This document shows, in pieces, positions 44,917 through 53,764 of a stretch of 54,692 bases of DNA. Numbering within the stretch: the stretch's first letter is position 1; every line of letters starts with the position of its first letter. A model generated the notes under the pieces. It ran no database searches and had not been told where the DNA came from. It saw only the letters and a list, made by a program, of their open reading frames with translations. The position numbers and the translations under genes are program-made. Source of the DNA: Puniceicoccales bacterium (GTDB taxonomy: Bacteria; Verrucomicrobiota; Verrucomicrobiia; Opitutales; UBA953); the NCBI GenBank assembly GCA_031285745.1, contig JAITVQ010000161.1, positions 1 to 54,692 on the forward strand, written 5' to 3'.

Positions 44917-46107
44917 TCAAAAGGCCTCCCCCATCGAAAGGTACCACGCACTGCCTTCCTTGCCATAAGCCCAATCAAGGCGAAGATTCACGGGATTTTT
45001 CTCGGAGAGTCGAAACCGCACTCCCGTTCCCACACTCCAGAGCATATTGCTGAAATAAAACTTATCCATGTCGGGAGCAACCTCCCCAAAACCCGCAAAA
45101 GCTACAACAGTCCAACGCCCACCCAAGGGCTGGCGGTACTCAGCCTGGATATCGAACATCATCTTGTCGCGATATTGCCCACTGATATAACCTCGCAGGT
45201 CACTGCGCTGGCCAAATTGGGACATTCCGTAGAATGGCACATCACCACCAGTAAACCGTCCGTACCCTCGCATGGCCAGCACACCATTGGTTTTCTCTAT
45301 GCTGACGTATTTGTTGAAATCGACCTCGCAACTCCAGTAATCCGAATCGCCCAGGAAATAAACGAAGTTCAAGTTGGAATACTCCCCTTTCGTGGGGAAA
45401 AACTCATTGTCCCGTGTATCCCACTGGAAAACAGGGCCGAATCCTGCCATGGAAAGTTTCGCCTCATTTTCAATCTCCGGTGGTAATGATGCACCGGTGG
45501 AGATATCCACCTTGCTGCCTAGCACACGGGCGCCGCCATAGAAATGCGGGACGATCCGGCGAAGAAGTTGACCGAATCCAAAGGGCATTTCCTGGGCAAT
45601 GGGAATCGAACGTCCAGCTTCCCCGGCAATTTGCCCTGTTCCGTAAAAATCATATTTGATCCGCGCATAGCCTCCGGCCACGGCATAACGCCAATCATCA
45701 TATGCGGAAGATCCCTTGTAGGCAATAAGCCCGGCCCAACTATCCATTTCAGAATAAAAACCGGCCGCAGCCAAAATGGAAGGCGGCGTGGTCGGACCAT
45801 GTCCTTCCGGATGATAAATATACTGGCTGACCAACGTAAGGTTGAATTCCTGGGAAGGATTATATCCGGGCAACGGCGCAACGACGAAATCTCCGCTATC
45901 ATCGTCGGCAGGCTTTAACGGAGGAACCGGAGTCGGATGAGTCGGATCAAGGGGCGGCTGGTTACTGGCATCGGGGGAAGCTGAAGGCGGAGCCATGGCA
46001 GTATCGGCGCCCATGACCCATCCGGTATATCCAACGCTCCAGATGGCAATTGACACAATCAACCATCTGCCGGGAGAAAAGGAAAACTGATGGAAGAAAT
46101 CATTCAT
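44917..46107 (-). CDS. Omp85/surface-antigen (D15) type outer-membrane beta-barrel without obvious POTRA domains
   Basis: 396 aa. The C-terminal region ...SDLRGY...GGRWTVVAFAGFGEV...WSVGTGVRF...LRLDWAYG...YLSMGEAF, ending in an aromatic residue, is typical of Bac_surface_Ag barrels. Confidence 0.7.
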   Translation of the reverse strand: MNDFFHQFSFSPGRWLIVSIAIWSVGYTGWVMGADTAMAPPSASPDASNQPPLDPTHPTPVPPLKPADDDSGDFVVAPLPGYNPSQEFNLTLVSQYIYHPEGHGPTTPPSILAAAGFYSEMDSWAGLIAYKGSSAYDDWRYAVAGGYARIKYDFYGTGQIAGEAGRSIPIAQEMPFGFGQLLRRIVPHFYGGARVLGSKVDISTGASLPPEIENEAKLSMAGFGPVFQWDTRDNEFFPTKGEYSNLNFVYFLGDSDYWSCEVDFNKYVSIEKTNGVLAMRGYGRFTGGDVPFYGMSQFGQRSDLRGYISGQYRDKMMFDIQAEYRQPLGGRWTVVAFAGFGEVAPDMDKFYFSNMLWSVGTGVRFRLSEKNPVNLRLDWAYGKEGSAWYLSMGEAF

Positions 46108-46316
46108 TCACGCAGTTCAATTCATACAGGAAGGAGAACCAACCCTGCCTCAGTCTTGAAGCGGGTCAAATGCAGGTAGATATAAACTTGCCGGATAATC
46201 CATGAAAAAACGCGCACACGCCAACAAAGCCACCGCCATCGCCATGTATTTTTCTTTAAAATACTTCCCTGCGCCCTGACATTGACTTTCCCCAAGTTCG
46301 GCTAAAGGTTTTTGCC

Positions 46317-46865
46317 ATGAGTACCCACGAATTTGTCCTAAATCGCGATTGCCGGGCCACGCTGGTTCCTGCAGGGGATGATATTATTCTGGAAAAAGAC
46401 ACCACGGTAAAAGTCACCCAGGCACTCGGCGGCACGGTCACAATATCGACACCCATGGGACTCTTTCGTGTCAACGCCGGGAATCTCGACGCGCTTGGCC
46501 CTGAGGCGGTCAAACTCTACGGACTCAAGAAATCTTCCGAGACTCCCGCCGCCTTCTCCGAGGAATTGGTCTGGGAAGCCCTGCGGGAATGCTATGATCC
46601 GGAGATTCCGCTCAATATCGTCGAGCTTGGTCTTATCTACGACCTGGCCGTGGAAGCGCAGTCCAACGGGAAAAACAAGATTTTCGTGAAGATGACACTG
46701 ACCGCCCCTGGATGCGGAATGGGACCAGTGATTGCCAATGATGCCAAGATGCGTATCGAGGCTCTTCCCGATGTCCAAAGCGCGGAAATCGTCATCGTCT
46801 GGGATCCGGTATGGAATCCGAACATGATTTCGCCCGATGGGCGGAAACAACTCGGCCTTGAATAA
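46317..46865 (+). CDS. sufT: SufT-like Fe-S cluster assembly protein (DUF59 domain)
   Basis: 182 aa. The C-terminal DUF59 pattern is present (VWEALRECYDPEIPLNIVELGLIYD...TLTAPGCGMG), preceded by the N-terminal extension typical of SufT. Confidence 0.75.
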   Translation: MSTHEFVLNRDCRATLVPAGDDIILEKDTTVKVTQALGGTVTISTPMGLFRVNAGNLDALGPEAVKLYGLKKSSETPAAFSEELVWEALRECYDPEIPLNIVELGLIYDLAVEAQSNGKNKIFVKMTLTAPGCGMGPVIANDAKMRIEALPDVQSAEIVIVWDPVWNPNMISPDGRKQLGLE

Positions 46866-46878
46866 GGACGCTCCGGAG

Positions 46879-48012
46879 ATGGCGGGACCCCTTGGCATTT
46901 ACTGCCATGTTCCGTTTTGCGCGACGACTTGCGACTTTTGCGCATTCTATCAGGAAAAGCCGCGCCGGGGGGACATCGAACGCTACCTCGCCGGAATCGA
47001 AAAAGAGTTGCAGCAAATGAAACCCTCGCGGGTTGCGGATACTTTTTTCTGGGGTGGTGGCACGCCCGGATTATTGCCTGCAAACGATCTGGAGCGTTTG
47101 GGTAGAGCCTTTCTTTCCGTCAATCAAGCACCGCCCTCGGAATGGACAGTAGAGTTGGCCCCCTCGACTGCCAAGGCCGATAAACTGGCCGTATTAAAAG
47201 CATTGGGCGTCACCCGCATTTCCATGGGAGTGCAGAGTTTTGACGAAACCACCCTCTCCGCGCTGGGACGGCAACACTCCCCCCGGCAGATTTACCAGGC
47301 GTGGGAGTTGATCCAGCAAACCGGATTTCGGGATGTCAGTCTCGATTTGATTTTCGCGATTCCCGGACAAGACGAATCCCGCTGGCGAAAAGATCTCGCG
47401 GAAGCCGTCCGACTATCTCCCGATCATATTTCCACTTATTGCCTGACCTTTGAGGAAGACACCGCGCTTTTTGTAAAGCTCGCCCAAGGGAAGGTGACTG
47501 TTGATCCTGATCGGGACGCGGATCTCTACCGGACCACCTGGGAGTTTCTGGCCGGGCACGGCTTCGCCCAATACGAAATATCCAATTTCGCCAGGGCCGG
47601 ACACGAATGCATCCACAATTTGAATACTTGGCGGATGCATTCATGGCTGGGTTATGGCCCTTCCGCCGCATCGCAATTCGCCGGGCGTCGATTTCAGAAC
47701 CCGGCCAACCTGGATCGCTGGCTGTCCGGGATTGCATCAGGACGGCCCGTCCATGAACAAATCGTTGAACTGACCGCCTCGCTGCAACTGGCCGATGCCA
47801 TCGTGTTCGGATTGCGCATGAACGAGGGAATTGACCCCCTTTCGCTCGCCCAAAGATTCGCGACACAGCTTCCGCCGGATTTGACCGAACTGGGAAGTCA
47901 ACTGGTCGACGAGGGATTCATGCTAGTGGAGGATTCACGCTGGCAGCTTACCCTAGAAGGCCGGTTGCGAGCCGATGCCATAGGTGTTGCCGTGCTGGAA
48001 GTTTTCTCCTAA
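46879..48012 (+). CDS. hemW: Radical SAM HemW/HemN-like heme chaperone or coproporphyrinogen oxidase family protein
   Basis: Start at the ATG at 46879. The radical SAM motif is HVPFCATTCDFCAF (CxxxCxxC). GGGTP and the HemN C-terminal region are also present. Confidence 0.85.
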   Translation: MAGPLGIYCHVPFCATTCDFCAFYQEKPRRGDIERYLAGIEKELQQMKPSRVADTFFWGGGTPGLLPANDLERLGRAFLSVNQAPPSEWTVELAPSTAKADKLAVLKALGVTRISMGVQSFDETTLSALGRQHSPRQIYQAWELIQQTGFRDVSLDLIFAIPGQDESRWRKDLAEAVRLSPDHISTYCLTFEEDTALFVKLAQGKVTVDPDRDADLYRTTWEFLAGHGFAQYEISNFARAGHECIHNLNTWRMHSWLGYGPSAASQFAGRRFQNPANLDRWLSGIASGRPVHEQIVELTASLQLADAIVFGLRMNEGIDPLSLAQRFATQLPPDLTELGSQLVDEGFMLVEDSRWQLTLEGRLRADAIGVAVLEVFS

Positions 48013-48014
48013 TC

Positions 48015-48455
48015 ATGACTCTTATGTCCACCGACGATATCTCCTTCAGCACCGATTGTGCCGGGGTTGATTTTACAGCTCTGGCCAATTTGATGAAGGA
48101 ATGCGGGATGGCGCATTATGAGCCTGACTTGCATCGCCGGGCCTATGAGAATAGCGCCCATGTCGTTTTCCTGTTTCAAGGGAACGCCTTGGTTGGCTGT
48201 GGCCGGGCCATCTCTGATCAGGCTTACCAAGCCGCACTTTACGACATCGCCGTATCCCCCACGCTTCAGGGCAGAAAACTCGGCAAGGCAATTGTCGATC
48301 ACCTCATGGGCCAGTTGAAAGGCTACAACGTCATCCTGTACGCGACTCCCGGCAAGGAGGACTTCTACCGCAAACTCGGGTTCCGGAAGATGCTAAGCGG
48401 AATGGCTTCTTTTAAAAACCAAGTCCGGATGAGCGAACGCGGCTTCACTGAATAA
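48015..48455 (+). CDS. GNAT family N-acetyltransferase
   Basis: 146 aa. VSPTLQGRKLGKAIVDHL is the acetyl-CoA-binding motif A (Q/RxxGxG/A). Confidence 0.85.
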   Translation: MTLMSTDDISFSTDCAGVDFTALANLMKECGMAHYEPDLHRRAYENSAHVVFLFQGNALVGCGRAISDQAYQAALYDIAVSPTLQGRKLGKAIVDHLMGQLKGYNVILYATPGKEDFYRKLGFRKMLSGMASFKNQVRMSERGFTE

Positions 48456-48497
48456 CCTTTACCTTACACCCCTCTCCCTCAGGCAACGGGCACACCC

Positions 48498-49403
48498 GTG
48501 TTCATCCCAGTATTCACCAGTTTTCTTTATGCGACGTCGATGTTTTGCGCCCGACGAAGTTCGCAGATCCATGGCCCGGCCAAGGCCAATCTGCTGCGTA
48601 TCGGGATCGCCGCCTTCGTGCTGGCTTTTTATGCTTTTCTCATCGGGAGCGGAGTGCAGGGAGCCGGATTATACTGGCTGCTCCTGTCCGGAATACTGGG
48701 CATGGGAATCGGCGACGCAGGCTTCTTTGCCGCCATGCCCCGCCTCGGGCCCCAGTTATCGGGCATCATCTATCAATGTCTGGCCGCTCCGTTCGGCATC
48801 CTGATTGAATGGCTTTGGCTGGGCATCCTCCCGGCCCGCCTGCAAATGGTAGCCGCCCTTGTCGTCCTGACAGGGGTTTGCGTGGCGCTCTGGCCGAAAG
48901 AAAAATTCGCCGAGGTATCCTGGCGGCAAAAGGCCTACGGCATCTTGTTCGCCCTGATTGCGGCCCTGGGACAAAGCAGCGGAGCAGTCGCCACCCGCAA
49001 GGCAGTCGAGTTGAACAACGCAACCGGGACATTGGTTGATCCCATTACCCAAGCCTTCCAACGCAGTCTGGGAGGGTTGGGGATTATCCTGATTATTTAT
49101 CTCTGGGTAAGCTGGAAGACCCGCAGGTTGCCGATATCAGTACCTCATGCCAATGCCAGCACAGGCACGAAAATCTTTTGGCCCACCAGCAATGCGGTCG
49201 TCGGAGCTGTGCTCGGCGTGGCATCCCTCCAATGGGCACTCGCCAGCATGCCTGCGGGCATCGTGCTCAGCATTGTCGCCACCAGTCCGTTGCTGCTAAT
49301 TTTTATGGCTTGGATTTTCGATGGTGAAAAACCCAGCAAGCAACATGTAGTGGGTGGCATCCTCGCGGTTATCGGCGTAGCCGGATTGCGACTGGTGGCG
49401 TAG
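48498..49403 (+). CDS. EamA/DMT superfamily transporter
   Basis: 301 aa, about 10 hydrophobic segments in two similar halves. GTG start. Confidence 0.7.
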   Translation: MFIPVFTSFLYATSMFCARRSSQIHGPAKANLLRIGIAAFVLAFYAFLIGSGVQGAGLYWLLLSGILGMGIGDAGFFAAMPRLGPQLSGIIYQCLAAPFGILIEWLWLGILPARLQMVAALVVLTGVCVALWPKEKFAEVSWRQKAYGILFALIAALGQSSGAVATRKAVELNNATGTLVDPITQAFQRSLGGLGIILIIYLWVSWKTRRLPISVPHANASTGTKIFWPTSNAVVGAVLGVASLQWALASMPAGIVLSIVATSPLLLIFMAWIFDGEKPSKQHVVGGILAVIGVAGLRLVA

Positions 49404-49477
49404 CCTTTGTTGCCAAAGAAAATTGCAGTCGCCAGTTTTTCTCTAACACTGTCGCAGCAACAAAACCCACCTTCCTC

Positions 49478-49948
49478 ATGGCCCCTGATACCTGTTGCCC
49501 GCCGTTCGATCCCGCTCTTTGGGATGAAAAAATGTTCGAATGGAAAGACAAATGCTTCGTGAAAGTACGCGTCCGGACATTTTTCTACATGCCAGTCAAC
49601 TTCGGCAAAGTCATGCGCACGCTGGAAGATAAACTTCAAGCGGCAGGTGCTTCCATCTGTGACAGCATGTGCCTGTCCAACCATACGTCGAAATGGAATC
49701 TGGACGTCTACGTGGTCATTGACCGTGAAGTCCCCGCACTCCAAAGTTGCAGACTAAACGGGCCTTTTTTCTCCAAGGTCTACGAAGGCCCTTACAAGGA
49801 TACCGGCAAATGGCGTGATGATTTTTACGCGCAGGCAAAACGCCAAAACATTAAAATAGGGAAGCAATACATATGGTACACCACCTGCCCAAAGTGCGCG
49901 AAGAAATATGGTAAAAACTATGTGGCGATTTTTGGTGAGGTAAAATGA
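49478..49948 (+). CDS. Conserved Cys-containing hypothetical protein
   Basis: 156 aa with CCPPFDP at the N-terminus and CPKCAKKYGKNY at the C-terminus. I could not name the family with confidence. Confidence 0.5.
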   Translation: MAPDTCCPPFDPALWDEKMFEWKDKCFVKVRVRTFFYMPVNFGKVMRTLEDKLQAAGASICDSMCLSNHTSKWNLDVYVVIDREVPALQSCRLNGPFFSKVYEGPYKDTGKWRDDFYAQAKRQNIKIGKQYIWYTTCPKCAKKYGKNYVAIFGEVK

Positions 49949-50065
49949 AGAAGAGGTACAACGTCAAAGGGAGAACCCAAAAGGAGAAAACAGACAGGAT
50001 TTACAGGATGGGTGAGAAAATTAGACAGGAAAACGAGAAGACGCCGGAAAACAAAAGTCCCTCCA

Positions 50066-50097
50066 TTCGTAATCCGTAATTTGTAATTCGTAATTAC
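50066..50097. repeat. Short 7-bp tandem repeat (CGTAATY-like, four units)
   Basis: TTCGTAATCCGTAATTTGTAATTCGTAATTAC, lying between two convergent genes. Confidence 0.7.
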
Positions 50098-50099
50098 CC

Positions 50100-51677
50100 T
50101 TATCCCTCTGCCTTCCCCTCCGGCACCTTGAGCGGAGCTTCCTGTTTAAGCTTGGGATTCCAAGGCCATTGGGCCTCGCGAGCAGACAACTCCTTTTGCA
50201 GACGAGTAGCCAGTTCCCTCAATTTTTCCGGTTTGTCTTTGGAAAGCTCCGTTTTTTCGCCGATGTCCCCGGCAATATGATAAAGCTCCCACTTGTCGGG
50301 AATGTAGAAGTAAATCGCCTTCCATCCGTCCAGGACAATGCTGCTGTGCGGAGTATAGTCCGGCTCAGGCTTTATCCACGAGTGCGGATAATGAAATACC
50401 AGTGGTCGTCCCGGGGAACTGGCACCCGTCAAGGCTCCGGTAAAATCATTTCCATCATGAACCACGCCCTTGGCATCCGCAGGCAATGAGCCTCCTGCCC
50501 AATGCAAGAATGTCGGCATAAAATCCTCGGGCATCACGGCAGACTTGGTTCGCAGTCCCATCTTTACCGGAATATCCTTTTGCAAAGACGCCTCCGCATC
50601 CACCTCGGCCCAGACAACCACCATGGGCACCCGGGTGCCGCCCTCGTAGGCGGACCCTTTTCCAGCCCGGAGTGGCCAGTTCTGCGAATTGGCGCCGCCA
50701 TAAGGTGTCTTGCCTCTCGCATGGGCCGCCAGCCCGCCGTTGTCGCTATAGAAAACCACCAGTGTTTTCCGAGCCACCCCGGTTTTCTTCAATGTATCCA
50801 GGACTGACCGGATGCTCGCGTCATAGCCCTCGATCATGGACGCATATTGGGTCTCCACCGGCTTCATCACAAAGTCTGTCCCGGCATACTTCGTTCCGGT
50901 ATAGTTCTTGATGAATCGCTTGTCCGGTTGAATCGGGACATGCACGGCATAATGGGCCAGATACAAAAAGAACGGTTTTTGCTCGCGCGCTGCAGCCTCG
51001 ATTTGCGCACAAGCTTCCTTGGTGAGGGCATCCGTTAAATTGGTGGATGTGCCATGGTATTTTTCCAGACCCGGCACATTCCAGACACCACCCCCGCTCT
51101 TGGAGGCATAATTGTCCTCGCCCTGATAACTTGCCGGACCTCCTGACGCATGGCCGGCGATATTCACATCAAAGCCCAGATTGAGCGGATCCGCCGACGG
51201 GGTATCAATGGCCCCGAAATGCGCCTTGCCGATCATGATGGTCTTATAGCCGTTCTTTTTTAGTAATCCAGGCAGGCTCGGCCAATTCACATCAAAACCC
51301 GCCCTTCGCCAATCACGCGGTGCAGGTAACTCCGAGGGAAATCCCGTCTCCCCTTCCTTGCGCAAGGTCCAGCTTGTTACCCGGTGCCGGGCGGCATTCA
51401 TGCCGCTGAGGAGCGAGACCCGGGTTGGGCTGCAAACCGGGCAAGCCCGCGCGTCGGTAAACGTGACCCCGGTCCGGGCCATCTCCTCCACTGCCGGAGT
51501 ACGGTACGTCTTGTTGAAAATCGTCGGGGCATCCCCCATCGGAAGCGAGGTATCCTGCCAGCCCAGGTCATCGATCAGGACAAAAACAATATTCGGTTTT
51601 TCCTTTGCCAATACCGGACAGGAAACAAATGCAGATACCGACAAGAGTTGCAGGATACGCGCCAACGAGTTTTTCAT
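50100..51677 (-). CDS. Sulfatase (formylglycine-dependent)
   Basis: Start at the ATG at 51677 (MKNSLARILQ..., signal peptide). The sequence NIVFVLIDDLGWQD and the CSPTR formylglycine motif are present. Confidence 0.9.
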   Translation of the reverse strand: MKNSLARILQLLSVSAFVSCPVLAKEKPNIVFVLIDDLGWQDTSLPMGDAPTIFNKTYRTPAVEEMARTGVTFTDARACPVCSPTRVSLLSGMNAARHRVTSWTLRKEGETGFPSELPAPRDWRRAGFDVNWPSLPGLLKKNGYKTIMIGKAHFGAIDTPSADPLNLGFDVNIAGHASGGPASYQGEDNYASKSGGGVWNVPGLEKYHGTSTNLTDALTKEACAQIEAAAREQKPFFLYLAHYAVHVPIQPDKRFIKNYTGTKYAGTDFVMKPVETQYASMIEGYDASIRSVLDTLKKTGVARKTLVVFYSDNGGLAAHARGKTPYGGANSQNWPLRAGKGSAYEGGTRVPMVVVWAEVDAEASLQKDIPVKMGLRTKSAVMPEDFMPTFLHWAGGSLPADAKGVVHDGNDFTGALTGASSPGRPLVFHYPHSWIKPEPDYTPHSSIVLDGWKAIYFYIPDKWELYHIAGDIGEKTELSKDKPEKLRELATRLQKELSAREAQWPWNPKLKQEAPLKVPEGKAEG

Positions 51678-51782
51678 GAAAGAGGTTTTGACATCTCCTG
51701 CCCCAAGATTGTTCCTCCCAACCTGCGACACCGTGGAAACAAAACGCCCGATTGAATGTCGTAAGAAAGTCTCCTTTAAGAT

Positions 51783-53396
51783 ATGCGTACCCAACTCGCC
51801 GCCTTCATTACCGCAACATCCCTTGCCGCTCCTGCCATTGTCTCGGCAGCAGAGCCGGTTTCATCCGGAAAATCTGCCCGGCCCAATATCGTCTTCATCT
51901 TCAGCGACGACCATGCGGCGCAAAGCATCCAGGCCTACGGGGCCAAGCTCGGGGTGTCCGTAACCCCCAATATTGACCGGATGGCGCGCGAAGGGATGAC
52001 GTTTGAAAATTGCTTTGCCGGAAATCCGCTTTGCGGCCCGTCACGCGCCTCCCTCCTCACCGGAAAATTCTCCCACGCCAACAAGTTTTTTTCCAACGAG
52101 GCCCATGTCCCTTTTGACGGTTCCCAGCCCACGTTTCCCAAGTATCTGAAAGAAGCCGGCTATCAGTCCGCCATCTTCGGAAAATGGCACCTGGAATCCA
52201 CCCCGACAGGATTCGATGACTACGCCATCATGGTAGGCCAGGGCATCTACTATAACTCCCCGGTCATCACTCCCAAGGGGAAAAAAGAACGCACCGGCTA
52301 TGTCACCGAGGCAGTCACGCAGGATGCGCTCAATTGGCTGAAGGACAAGCGCGACGCAAAAAAACCATTTGTGCTGATGGTTCACCACAAGGCCCCGCAT
52401 CGCAACTGGGTACCGGGACCCAACGAACTGGACCTGTTCAAGGGACACGTCTGGCCCGAACCTCCCACCCTGCGGGATACCTACGAAGGCAAGGCGCAAT
52501 GCATCTCCGATATCCGCATGCGAATTCTGCGCGACATGCCATATCCCAGCGACCTGTTGATCCCGGCAAAAGGAAAAGACACTTCCCCCGGTTACATGAC
52601 CGGAATGTGGTACCTGTCCAAGGAGGAGCGGAAACGCCTCGAGGATGCCTACCGGGAAGAGAACGACCTGTTTATCAAAAACAATCCCCAGGGAGATGCG
52701 TTGCTGAGCTGGAAATACCAACGCTACATGACTAACTATCTGCGTACGGTGGCGGGCGTGGACAAGTCGGTGGGCACGATTCTTGACTATCTTAAAAAAT
52801 CCGGCCTCGAGGAAAACACGCTCGTGATTTACAGCTCCGACCAAGGATTCTTCCTGGGCGAGCATGGTTGGTACGACAAGCGGATGCCTTATGATGAATC
52901 GGGGCGAATGCCCTTCATCGCCCGCTGGCCCGGAAAGGTCAAGGCAGGCAGCCGGACTCCCACCGTCATCCAGAATACCGACATCGCCCCCACCTTCATG
53001 GATCTCGCCGGGGTCCCCGTGCTGGCAGACATCCACGGACGATCCGTGGTGCCCCTGCTCCAAGGCAAGGCCGATCCGGCCAATCGCGACGAGGCCTATT
53101 TTCATTTCTACGAGGACACCGGCGAACATCATTGCCCGGTCTATGTCGCGGTCCGCACCCAGGATCACTTGCTCGCATGGTATTACGAGCACGACTACAC
53201 CGAGCTTTTCGATATCAAGAAAGATCCCCTCCAATTGAAGAACGAGGCCGACAATCCCGCTTTTGCCGAGACCCGAAAGTCCATGGAGAAGCGCTTGCGC
53301 CAACTCGCCGAAAAATACGGCGATCGCACTGCACCGTGGGGAGATGAACCCGGCCCCAAGCTGAAAGTAGCCTCCGGTAAGGAAAGCGGCATGTAG
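51783..53396 (+). CDS. Sulfatase (formylglycine-dependent)
   Basis: 537 aa with a signal peptide, NIVFIFSDDH and the CGPSR motif. It is divergent from the other sulfatase. Confidence 0.9.
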   Translation: MRTQLAAFITATSLAAPAIVSAAEPVSSGKSARPNIVFIFSDDHAAQSIQAYGAKLGVSVTPNIDRMAREGMTFENCFAGNPLCGPSRASLLTGKFSHANKFFSNEAHVPFDGSQPTFPKYLKEAGYQSAIFGKWHLESTPTGFDDYAIMVGQGIYYNSPVITPKGKKERTGYVTEAVTQDALNWLKDKRDAKKPFVLMVHHKAPHRNWVPGPNELDLFKGHVWPEPPTLRDTYEGKAQCISDIRMRILRDMPYPSDLLIPAKGKDTSPGYMTGMWYLSKEERKRLEDAYREENDLFIKNNPQGDALLSWKYQRYMTNYLRTVAGVDKSVGTILDYLKKSGLEENTLVIYSSDQGFFLGEHGWYDKRMPYDESGRMPFIARWPGKVKAGSRTPTVIQNTDIAPTFMDLAGVPVLADIHGRSVVPLLQGKADPANRDEAYFHFYEDTGEHHCPVYVAVRTQDHLLAWYYEHDYTELFDIKKDPLQLKNEADNPAFAETRKSMEKRLRQLAEKYGDRTAPWGDEPGPKLKVASGKESGM

Positions 53397-53419
53397 CCTC
53401 TAGTTAGGACCAAGAACAG

Positions 53420-53540
53420 AACCACGGATAAGATAAGGATAAGCGGATAAGAAAAATACTCTTACTGTCGCAACAAGCGACGTAATGTTCTTTTCTCATC
53501 TATCTTTCGTTATCCCTACATATCCGTACCATCCGTGGTT
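53420..53540. other. Intergenic element closed by a 10-bp inverted repeat, with GGATAAG-type short repeats
   Basis: AACCACGGAT at 53420-53429 pairs with ATCCGTGGTT at 53531-53540. The 5' arm carries GGATAAG/GATAAG x4, mirrored imperfectly by TTATCC/TATCCG in the 3' arm. An internal GTCGC-AACAA-GCGAC hairpin lies at 53467-53481. Confidence 0.5.
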
Positions 53541-53764
53541 TACTGCTCCGGTCCCATTTTATTTTACATCTCCATTTCTCCCTGCGGGAATTTGCTCAGG
53601 AAAGAATGATCTCTTCGCAATAGGCAGCATTCTCGCATAATTTCTCTGGATTCAAGTGACTTGCAAACCCCATTATCTTGTCCGACCGCGACTCCCTAAG
53701 CCGACATCGATAATTTTTCATAAAATCCGGTAACAAATCTCCCGGTTTGCTTCTGATGCAAGGT

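Noticed and set aside
52041-53303. 420-aa - strand ORF
   Set aside because: It is antisense to the sulfatase with the CGPSR motif, so it is a shadow ORF.
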